IMG/VR virus record: IMGVR_UViG_2734482004_000009
Length of the DNA stretch: 5,982 nt
Reading direction: 5' to 3' (one strand)
Origin: a virus
Lineage: Duplodnaviria; Heunggongvirae; Uroviricota; Caudoviricetes
Shown here: positions 1-5,982 of the stretch, piece by piece
How positions within the stretch are numbered: the first letter of the stretch is position 1
Layout of the letters: each line of letters begins with the position of its first letter
Notes under the pieces: generated by a model
Databases searched by the model: none
What the model was told of the DNA's origin: nothing
What the model saw: the letters and a program-made list of their open reading frames with translations, nothing else
Translations under genes and position numbers: made by a program

Positions 1-1196
1 TTTCAGGGCCTTATTCAGCTCTTTCTGACGGGCGGTATATTTATCCAGCGGCGTCTGCAGGCGCTCATACGCCTTCTGCGCCTCTCCGGTATACTTCAGC
101 TGTGACGACTCACGCTCAGCCCTGTCCCTTGCCGCCAGTTCACCGGCTTTTTCCATATCCGACTGCAGCGTGGCCGCTGCCAGACCCAGACGGGCATTTT
201 CCCGGTCATCCCATGCCCCCTGAAGGTTCGCACGAAAAGAGGAGGTCTTTCCCCGGCGCTGGCTCCGGCTCTGGTACCACTGCCATTTTTTATCCGCCTC
301 ATCAAATGCCTTCTGCGCACTGGCGAGCATATCCGCTGAGGATTCCGGACGACCGATATCCAGAATGGCATCCCACATCGATTTGAATGCCTTCCCTGTT
401 TTATCCGCCCAGGTCTCCAGTGTTCCCATGTTTTCTTTCAGGCGACGGGTCTGCTCATCAAAGCCTTTCGTGGCGATATCGTTCGCCGCCTGCAATGCCC
501 CGGCCTCGTCTCCGGAACGCTGCAGCTGTGCAACATACGCAATCTGCTCTGCCGTCACGTTACGGAACTGGCGCGCCATCGCCATCAGTCCCGACGTCGG
601 GTCAGTGGTCAGCTTCCCGAAGGCTTCAGCGACTTTATCCACCTCNNNNNNNNNNNNNNNNNNNNNNNNNNNNGCCCGGCTCTTGAGAGCGTCAGCATAC
701 GATCGGCAGTCAGTCCGGCCTGATTGCCGGAAAGGACCAGCGTTTTATTAAATTCTGAAAGCGTGGCGTCGCCCTGGTACCAGGCGTACGCCAGCGCACC
801 TGTCGCCACCGCCAGCGAGGTGACCCCGACCATCGGCAGGGTGATCGCACCGGCAAGCCCCCTGAACATGGGGATCATCCCGCCGAAGGAGTCCTTCACC
901 TGACCGCCCTGTTGCAGCAGGATCAACCAGGGATTCTGACCACCGGCAAGCTGCGTGGCGATATCCGTAAACTGTGCGGGCAGGGTTCGCATGGCCGCTT
1001 TATACTGCCCGACGGAAATCCCGGCTTTTTGTGCAGCCAGCGCCTGGCGGCTCAGGCCCTGTTCAACAGCACTGGCGGTTTTTCTGGCGTCGGTATCCAG
1101 ACCTGAAAAATGACGCCTTACCCGGCTCATCTGCTCATCGAAACGGACAGCATCCAGACTCAGGTCAATAACAAGATCACCAACCGGCTGGGACAT
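1..1196 (-). CDS. H: Tail tape measure protein gpH, N-terminal ~400 codons; 3' end lies beyond the window start; interrupted by the N-run at 646-673
   Basis: ATG at 1194-1196 with a GGGAGGTG Shine-Dalgarno about 8 nt upstream. The translation MSQPVGDLVIDLSLDAVRFDEQ... matches the lambda gpH N-terminus as I recall it. Below the N-run the reading continues in a different frame (codons ending at 645, 642 ... down to 1-3) as EVDKVAEAFGKLTTDPTSGLMAMARQF... and LETWADKTGKAFKSMWDAIL, still gpH-like and with no stop before position 1. The ORF-track stop at 609 is an artefact of the frame break in the gap. Confidence 0.92.
646..673. other. Run of 28 N (assembly gap or masked bases) inside H
   Basis: Literal N characters in the sequence. 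The H reading frame differs by one position on the two sides, so the true length is probably not 28. Confidence 0.99.
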
Positions 1197-2048
1197 ATCT
1201 CACACCTCCCGGAATCCCCGCTGAAGCCATCATTAATGCGGCATCATCCACCATGACATCCGCCACATCCGCAGACGATAAAATATCGCGCCCTCCGTCC
1301 CCACCGAACCGGACGCCTCCGGCAAGTCCTGCCGCTTTCTGCATCAGCATTTTGTCCTCATCCGGCCTCTCCACCTGCTCTTCCTCATGCCGGGGGACAA
1401 GCAGACTGAAATCAGAGGGATGCATATCCGGATCGCAAAAAAACAGGCTGAGTACAGCGTACGTCAGCCCGGAAAAATGCATATCCAGCTGGGTATCCTG
1501 AAAATAATGCGTGCGGTAAAAACGGTGCCAGTCGGCATATTCGGTGGATGTCATCCCGGCAAGCATGGCGCGCCAGTCGGGTCTCCCCATCTCACGCGCC
1601 AGTCTGAGGGCAAAGTTCAGCTCGCCGTCGAAGACTTTCCCGCAGAAAAATCATCATCAGTCAGCGTGTTATTTTTCGCCACTTCAGTAATATCAGTATC
1701 CGGACGAACAGCTTCGATCATCCCGGACAGGCACAACACCACGTCTTCCGCCCGGGCAATGGCATCGGCAGGCCAGGTGGTGAGCACTTCCTGCTCTATC
1801 TTCATCACGGCCTCATTCATTGACGGTGACTGCGTTTTCTGTGGATGGTTATGCCACAGGGACATCGCCACCAGAAACGCGCCGGTTCTGACGAGATCTT
1901 CCACGCTTACCTGCAGGTTGCCGCAGGATTCTGCCTGTTCTGCACGCCGTTTCAGGAGGGCAAGATGCTCGATACGCTGCAGCGCAGACAATTCGGAAAG
2001 CGTGACAGACACACCGTTATATTCAAATTGTTCTGTTTTCAGAAACAT
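1177..2048 (-). CDS. T: Tail assembly chaperone gpGT, made by a -1 programmed ribosomal frameshift from G into the T frame (about 290 aa)
   Basis: Slippery heptamer G GGA AAG on the minus strand (plus 1635-1641) in the G zero frame. A -1 shift reads ...SAGK-VFDGELNFALRLAREMGRPDWRAML... with no stop down to 1177-1179, which is the lambda gpGT junction motif. The T-frame ORF 1177..1590 has no independent ribosome-binding context. The 3' end overlaps the H start by 20 nt. Confidence 0.85.
1617..2048 (-). CDS. G: Tail assembly chaperone gpG (zero-frame product)
   Basis: 143-aa ORF, MFLKTEQFEYNGVSVTLSELSALQRIEHLALLKRRAEQAE..., closely resembling lambda gpG. ATG at 2046-2048 is preceded by GGAGG (minus strand), 13 nt after the V stop. 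The slippery heptamer lies near its 3' end. Confidence 0.93.
   Translation of the reverse strand: MFLKTEQFEYNGVSVTLSELSALQRIEHLALLKRRAEQAESCGNLQVSVEDLVRTGAFLVAMSLWHNHPQKTQSPSMNEAVMKIEQEVLTTWPADAIARAEDVVLCLSGMIEAVRPDTDITEVAKNNTLTDDDFSAGKSSTAS
1635..1641 (-). promoter_or_regulatory. -1 programmed frameshift slippery heptamer GGGAAAG (G/GT)
   Basis: Plus-strand ctttccc is GGGAAAG on the minus strand, positioned as G-GGA-AAG in the G frame, 6 codons before the G stop. Confidence 0.85.
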
Positions 2049-2061
2049 GTATTACCTCCGT

Positions 2062-2814
2062 TTACCCTGCAGCGCCCGCTTCAGTAACGGTGACTTCAGC
2101 CACTGCGGCGAACTGACCATTTCCGCTCACCACAGGGATCTGCACCTTACCTGTCGCCACGCCGTTTACCGTAATTGTCATATCTTTCACACTAATGGTG
2201 GCTTTCGACGGATCGGCGGAAACCGCTCTGAACGTCTTGTCGGTTGCACTTTCCGGCTCAAAAGAAACCGTCAGGGTGGTTGTTTTCCCTTTTGCCACCG
2301 TACCGGATGTCGGCGTCACCTTAATCGCACTGACCGGCGTAATTTTGCTGCGTTCTTCCGCTACAGAAGGTTTACCCACGTTAGTGACTTTCACCGTGCG
2401 GGTGATCACTTCTTTCGCCGTCACGGCCTTACCGATACTGCTGACCCAGCCACGAAACACATCCACCGTGCCATTCGGAAAACGGATTTTATAGGCCCGG
2501 ACATCGCCGCTTTCAAACCAGCCTATAAGCCCNNNNNNNNNNTCCTCTCCCGGTTTCCAGGCCAGCGTAAAACTGGTATCACCTGCAGATTTCTGCCCCT
2601 GCCCGGTCGCGGTCCAGTCCGCGTCTTCATCATCCAGGTAGTTATCATCGTAGGATTCTGCCGTCATCTCGCCCGGCGTCAGATCCTTCACCTTAGCCAG
2701 TCGCTGCCAGTCATCGTCTGACAACGGGTTTGCATAAGCATCACCCTTGCCGTTGTAAACCCACAGAGTGGTACCGGCACCTTTTACCGGCTCAAGGGGA
2801 TTTGGTGTTGCCAT
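2062..2814 (-). CDS. V: Major tail tube protein gpV with a C-terminal Ig-like domain; 10-N gap at 2534-2543
   Basis: 250-aa [52 protein letters not shown]...[37 protein letters not shown]..., near-identical to lambda gpV as recalled. ATG at 2812-2814; the U stop TGA overlaps the V ribosome-binding site (TGAGGA). Confidence 0.95.
   Translation of the reverse strand: MATPNPLEPVKGAGTTLWVYNGKGDAYANPLSDDDWQRLAKVKDLTPGEMTAESYDDNYLDDEDADWTATGQGQKSAGDTSFTLAWKPGEXXXXGLIGWFESGDVRAYKIRFPNGTVDVFRGWVSSIGKAVTAKEVITRTVKVTNVGKPSVAEERSKITPVSAIKVTPTSGTVAKGKTTTLTVSFEPESATDKTFRAVSADPSKATISVKDMTITVNGVATGKVQIPVVSGNGQFAAVAEVTVTEAGAAG
2534..2543. other. Run of 10 N inside V (frame preserved; 4 codons unknown)
   Basis: Literal Ns; the V translation shows XXXX between WKPGE and GLIGWF with the frame intact. 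Confidence 0.99.
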
Positions 2815-2821
2815 ATCGTCC

Positions 2822-3217
2822 TCACATCTCGTATGTAATGGAATAAGTCAGATCTGCAGAACTCCATAACGCCATATCGTCATCACGACGATACTCATAG
2901 CCCTGCGTAACCATCGTGGTAATCAGTCCTGCCAGTGCCGGGATCGCGGTCATCGCCGGGTAAATCCGGCTTTCCATCCACTGATCAAGCTCTGAATCCG
3001 GTACCTGTGCCGGTAAAAACACCTCAATATGCAGCGTGGCCCGCCAGGTATCTGCATCCAGCTCTTCACCGGTATACTCTGCATCCGTCAGATAAACCGC
3101 GATCGCAGGAAAATCCTCTTCGTCAAAAACAACGGGGCGACCATCAAACAGCGTCGCCCCGTGTTCATGCTGCTCGAGTGCATCCAGCACTGCGGCACGA
3201 ATGTCAGTGTGTTTCAT
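2822..3217 (-). CDS. U: Tail terminator protein gpU
   Basis: 131-aa [57 protein letters not shown]..., same length as and near-identical to lambda gpU. Its start overlaps the Z stop in an ATGA arrangement (3214-3217). Confidence 0.95.
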   Translation of the reverse strand: MKHTDIRAAVLDALEQHEHGATLFDGRPVVFDEEDFPAIAVYLTDAEYTGEELDADTWRATLHIEVFLPAQVPDSELDQWMESRIYPAMTAIPALAGLITTMVTQGYEYRRDDDMALWSSADLTYSITYEM

Positions 3218-3747
3218 CGTTTTATTGCAATCCTCAGTTGTTGTTTCAGCGCGTATGCCAGTTCTTTAGGCAGGCGTTCACGCCGGATACGGTCAACATT
3301 CTCATCAAATGCCTGTTTCAGTGGGGCCGCCATCGGGATTTTCACCACATCAATGGGGTAACGGTTTTTCCCGGCCACACGCTGCATGACATGCCAGCGA
3401 CCATTTTTTAATCTCTGAATAAATGCCCGCTGATACCGATGCTGACCGGCTTTAAGTATGCTGTTCGGGCGACGCCCCAGCATCCTGATCCCCAGCTTAA
3501 TCACAGGGAGATCACCGCGGTTAACGATAATTCTGGCATTCGGATTTCTGACCGTCGCCCGTTTCAGTCTGGACCGTTCCTTAACCAGTTTCCGGCGAAC
3601 CTTTGTCTCCCGGGCAACCTGTGATGAAGACTGATTAATCGCCGTTGTGGCCACGCGGTTAATGGCCATTGCTGAAGCCGCCGGAATGGCGTTTTTACGA
3701 ACCCGGCTCAGATTGTCAATCGCCTGATCAAGCCCTTTTATCGCCAT
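3214..3747 (-). CDS. Z: Minor tail / tail completion protein gpZ
   Basis: 177-aa ORF, MAIKGLDQAIDNLSRVRKNAIPAASAMAINRVATTAINQSSSQVARETKVRRKLVKERSRLKRATV...GRWHVMQRVAGKNRYPIDVVKIPMAAPL..., matching lambda gpZ. ATG at 3745-3747, 15 nt after the FII stop. Confidence 0.93.
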   Translation of the reverse strand: MAIKGLDQAIDNLSRVRKNAIPAASAMAINRVATTAINQSSSQVARETKVRRKLVKERSRLKRATVRNPNARIIVNRGDLPVIKLGIRMLGRRPNSILKAGQHRYQRAFIQRLKNGRWHVMQRVAGKNRYPIDVVKIPMAAPLKQAFDENVDRIRRERLPKELAYALKQQLRIAIKR

Positions 3748-3762
3748 AATTTCACCCTGCGT

Positions 3763-4116
3763 TTATCGTCGCCGGTTAACTGCGGGTGGTTGACCACGGT
3801 TGAGCCAGAGATAACAGCTGCCCCCGTCATCCGGAGAAACACGATCCACCCAGAATATCTCACCATTAATGGTCAGCGTGTCACCACGCCGCACGGCACG
3901 AACCGTATCCGTCCGCACAAATAATGACGGGCTGCTTCCTTCAATACGGACCCCGCCACCGGCAAACCCCAGCGACTCCGGATCATCAAAAACCCCCTGA
4001 ACTTCGCTGCCACACTGTGCCCCCGAGGTGAACTGCGCACAGAGCCCCATCACTTCAACGATCGTACTGTCTACCCCGGCGAGGGCAGCATCAAAGGCAT
4101 TCTGAAAATCACGCAT
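3763..4116 (-). CDS. FII: Head-tail joining protein gpFII
   Basis: 117-aa ORF, MRDFQNAFDAALAGV...GVFDDPESLGFAGGGVRIEGSSPSLFVRTDTVRAVRRGDTLTINGEIFWVDRVSPDDGGSCYLWLNRGQPPAVNRRR, matching lambda gpFII (same length). The start overlaps the 3' end of FI by 8 nt. Confidence 0.93.
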   Translation of the reverse strand: MRDFQNAFDAALAGVDSTIVEVMGLCAQFTSGAQCGSEVQGVFDDPESLGFAGGGVRIEGSSPSLFVRTDTVRAVRRGDTLTINGEIFWVDRVSPDDGGSCYLWLNRGQPPAVNRRR

Positions 4117-4492
4117 ATTCAGCCGTTCCGTGCTGTATCATGGCCGTTGCCAGTGATGATGGCACCAGAACACGCATACCCCGTAACGCCAGCTCAACGG
4201 GACGACCTGTCTCCGGGCAATACCCCATTACTTGCAGGCACTTCCGTACCCGGACGGCTTTAACATCATCCGGAGCATCCGTGTTGTTCAACTGCTCACC
4301 ATCGTCTGTGTGATTTTGATCAGCCCCGCTCTCATCAGAGTGCATAATGCCCTCCGGGGAAACAGCAAGCTCCTCTTCCCACTCAGACACACGTTGAGCA
4401 ATATCCGCAGCACTCCCCGACATATCCGCCTCGCGCCCCAGCAGGTCAGCCAGTTGACGAAGACGATTCAGATTTTCTTCTTTTGTTGCCAT
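4109..4492 (-). CDS. FI: DNA packaging / head maturation protein gpFI
   Basis: ORF with an acidic, gpFI-like sequence (MATKEENLNRLRQLADLLGRE...). Preferred start is the ATG at 4490-4492, preceded by AGGAGG (plus 4498-4503, 5-nt spacer). The longer ORF-track start at 4540 is a GTG with no ribosome-binding site, and the extension would be encoded by the intergenic hairpin. Confidence 0.85.
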   Translation of the reverse strand: MATKEENLNRLRQLADLLGREADMSGSAADIAQRVSEWEEELAVSPEGIMHSDESGADQNHTDDGEQLNNTDAPDDVKAVRVRKCLQVMGYCPETGRPVELALRGMRVLVPSSLATAMIQHGTAEYA

Positions 4493-4504
4493 CTCAGCCT
4501 CCTG

Positions 4505-4535
4505 TGAAAAAAGACACGGGGGCATTTCGCCCCCG
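4505..4535 (-). terminator. Candidate intrinsic terminator or RNA-stabilising hairpin between E and FI
   Basis: Minus-strand RNA reads CGGGGGC-GAAAU-GCCCCCG: a 7-bp all-GC stem (plus 4517-4523 pairing with 4529-4535) and a 5-nt loop, followed by UGUCUUUUUUCA (plus 4505-4516). It sits 9 nt after the E stop and just upstream of the FI ribosome-binding site. Confidence 0.5.
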
Positions 4536-4543
4536 CTCACGGA

Positions 4544-5562
4544 TTATTTCACCTGTACCACCACAAACTCATCCGGATCCGGCAGCACCATCAGCGGAGC
4601 GGACTGCGTCATGGTGAATTCACAGGACGGATCGCCCACGGTCAGCCAGTGTTTCGGGTAACGGGAAGAAGCCACCACTCCTTCAGACAACGCCTGTGCA
4701 TCCTTAATGGCACCATAGCAACGAATCCCCTCTGCCGCCGTATTCCCCAACACCAGCATGCCCTCCGGCAGATAACGTTTTTCGGTACCGTCCTCTGCCA
4801 CATAAGACGTTTTCGCCACCACAATGGCCAGATCGCCGTAATACCCCTTGAAGGACACCACTGCGCCCAGATCTTTCACTGCCGTTTCGAGTTGTGAATT
4901 TGAGCCGCGACGGGTATCCAGTTTTTCGCGGAACAGCTTAAAGCCATTCAGCAGACGCCAGACCGTACCGTCCATAATGGCGATATTCACAAGGCCGCTG
5001 GCCTGATCGCAGTAGAGGTCAATATCATGCGTCGGATCAAACGTATCACGGTCCTGCTCAGACCATTTTTTACCGTCAGCCTGCTCAATGTTATTTCCTT
5101 CAGAGCGCCCGAAATCCACCTCGACAGTATCAAACTGATCCCCTTCCATGGTGTATTTGCCATACAGCACGGCATTCACCGCCTGCATTTCTTCCACCTG
5201 GACAATGGCGTGCTCTTCCTGTTTGAGGTTATCGGTAATGATACGCAGACGACGGTAGGCCGGGTCGTTCAGCTGAGCCGGATCTTCACCAGGAAGGCGC
5301 TCAACCGCCTGCTGGTAATTAAATTCGTGTTTCGGCTTGACGTAGCCCGGACGTAACACGCGGGTTTCACCACCGCGATGGCGAAGCACTTTTCCTTCAA
5401 CGATCGGGGAGACATAGGCCGCCACCGGCGTTTTTCCGGTAATTTTGTCCAGCATCACCTCTTCGGTGTGGAAATTCACCGTACGGCGGAAAAACAGCTC
5501 CAGAAACAGCGCACGGAATTTCACTTTTTGTTCGGTATAACCNNNNNNNNNNAGGCCACCAT
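4544..5562 (-). CDS. E: Major capsid protein gpE; 5' end unresolved because of the N-run at 5543-5552
   Basis: Continuous frame from the gap to the TAA at 4544-4546 encodes ...GYTEQKVKFRALFLELFF...PGYVKPKHE...DPAYRRLRI...VQVEEMQAVNAVLYGKYTM...KLDTRRGSNSQLETAVKDLG...EFTMTQSAPLMVLPDPDEFVVVQVK, recognisably lambda gpE-like. The ORF-track start at 5524 is an internal GTG. The true start lies in or just beyond the gap; an ATG sits at 5560-5562 inside the palindrome but is out of frame if the gap is exactly 10 nt. The upper boundary is therefore approximate. Confidence 0.9.
5543..5552. other. Run of 10 N at the 5' end of E
   Basis: Literal Ns. Confidence 0.99.
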
Positions 5563-5570
5563 GGTGGCCT
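5553..5570. repeat. 18-bp perfect palindrome AGGCCACCATGGTGGCCT in the D-E intergenic region, abutting the N-run
   Basis: The sequence equals its own reverse complement. It lies 9 nt after the D stop and contains CCATGG and TGGCCA. Confidence 0.7.
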
Positions 5571-5579
5571 GATAACGTG

Positions 5580-5927
5580 TTACGGCAGAGCCGCGTGACT
5601 CAGGGCTGTGCCGGCAAAGGCATTTGCCTTTTTGTGTTCATCCACACTGTCAGGCCAGCGGATTGCCTCCGTCGCAAAGGTCCCCGACTTGTAATAGGTC
5701 AGCACCGTCTCTGTGCCTTCAAGCGGCAGTACCAGTATGCCAACCGCACTACCGGCTTTCTGTCCATCCCAGACCACCAGTTTCCCGGTGGCTTCATCCA
5801 GCATCAGGGGCGTCAGAGCCGGTGTTGCAGAAGAAATCCCGCTGCTGCCTGTGGCGGTATGAGCCGGATCATTACCGGCAAAAATACGTACTTCCGCACG
5901 CTGTTCAGTGATGGTTTTCGTCACCAT
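5580..5927 (-). CDS. D: Head decoration protein gpD
   Basis: 115-aa ORF containing ...NDPAHTAT...TPLMLDEATGKLVVWDG...AVGILVLP...YYKSGTF...AFAGTA..., the conserved blocks of lambda gpD. ATG at 5925-5927 with GAGG about 13 nt upstream, 4 nt after the upstream stop. Confidence 0.9.
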   Translation of the reverse strand: MVTKTITEQRAEVRIFAGNDPAHTATGSSGISSATPALTPLMLDEATGKLVVWDGQKAGSAVGILVLPLEGTETVLTYYKSGTFATEAIRWPDSVDEHKKANAFAGTALSHAALP

Positions 5928-5931
5928 TTTG

Positions 5932-5982
5932 TTAAAACCTCATATTGATGGTCAGCACTGACTTCATGGCATGGCCATGAGC
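5932..5982 (-). CDS. 3' end (16 codons plus stop) of the upstream head gene, presumably the shared C-terminus of the C protease / Nu3 scaffold
   Basis: Open frame entering the window at 5982 and ending at TAA 5932-5934 (AHGHAMKSVLTINMRF*). The assignment rests only on position in lambda gene order; the peptide is too short to recognise. Confidence 0.4.
   Translation of the reverse strand, partial: AHGHAMKSVLTINMRF

Noticed and set aside
609-645. Apparent stop codon ending H at 609 in the ORF track
   Set aside because: It is an artefact of the frame break introduced by the N-run; the genuine gpH frame continues in another phase down to position 1.
102-751. Plus-strand ORFs 102..386, 365..751 and 387..686, and minus-strand ORF 96..371
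   Set aside because: They are antisense to, or in an alternate frame of, the gpH coding region, which reads continuously in another minus-strand frame with a clear gpH-like translation. Their translations are Pro/Arg/Ser-rich nonsense.
1387-2721. Long plus-strand ORF (444 aa) spanning the T, G and V region
   Set aside because: It is entirely antisense to three strongly supported minus-strand genes. Its translation is low-complexity and rich in Arg, Cys and His with no recognisable motifs, and it has no ribosome-binding site. Long antisense ORFs are expected in GC-rich coding DNA.
2935-3624. Plus-strand ORFs 2935..3411, 3029..3361 and 3439..3624
   Set aside because: Antisense to U and Z; no start context and a junk-like composition.
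4232-4507. Plus-strand ORF (91 aa) opposite FI
   Set aside because: Antisense to FI, with no ribosome-binding site. The only real signal in this region is the minus-strand hairpin, reported separately.
4493-4540. N-terminal 16-codon extension of FI from the GTG at 4540
   Set aside because: The extension has no ribosome-binding site, would be encoded by the intergenic hairpin, and the downstream ATG has a perfect AGGAGG. It is treated as non-coding.
4642-5356. Alternate-frame and antisense ORFs inside E (4642..4824 minus, 4649..4897 plus, 4987..5175 minus, 5027..5356 plus)
   Set aside because: All lie within the major capsid gene. There is no sequence evidence for overprinting (no ribosome-binding sites, Arg/Cys/Trp-rich translations).
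5378-5948. Plus-strand ORFs 5378..5572, 5577..5948 and 5624..5911
   Set aside because: Antisense to the E 5' region and to D; spurious.
1-5982. Searched for CRISPR repeats, tRNA/ncRNA-like structures, att or insertion-sequence inverted repeats, and late-promoter signals
   Set aside because: No spaced direct repeats, no tRNA-sized structured non-coding stretch and no terminal inverted repeats were seen. The region is internal to a late operon transcribed from a promoter far upstream, so no promoter is expected or evident.

Overview
This 5,982-bp window is one contiguous block of the late morphogenetic (head-to-tail) operon of a lambda-like siphovirus, most likely an enterobacterial prophage. 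All genes are on the minus strand, in the canonical lambda order from high to low coordinates: C/Nu3 3' end (fragment), D, E, FI, FII, Z, U, V, G with its -1 frameshift product GT, and the N-terminal ~400 codons of the tape measure gene H, which runs off the window at position 1. Assignments rest on recognising the ORF translations as homologues of the lambda proteins from memory; no database search was run. Coding density is near 100% and intergenic spacers are 55 nt or less, so I see no inserted cargo, defence system, RNA gene, CRISPR array or mobile element, and no evidence for an undescribed system. Three N-runs (646-673, 2534-2543, 5543-5552) interrupt H, V and the 5' end of E, so boundaries there are approximate. 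The signals most worth a second look are a terminator-like hairpin between E and FI, an 18-bp perfect palindrome next to the gap between D and E, the conserved G/GT slippery site, and an apparent head/tail mosaic junction. All plus-strand ORFs in the track are antisense to these genes and are treated as spurious.
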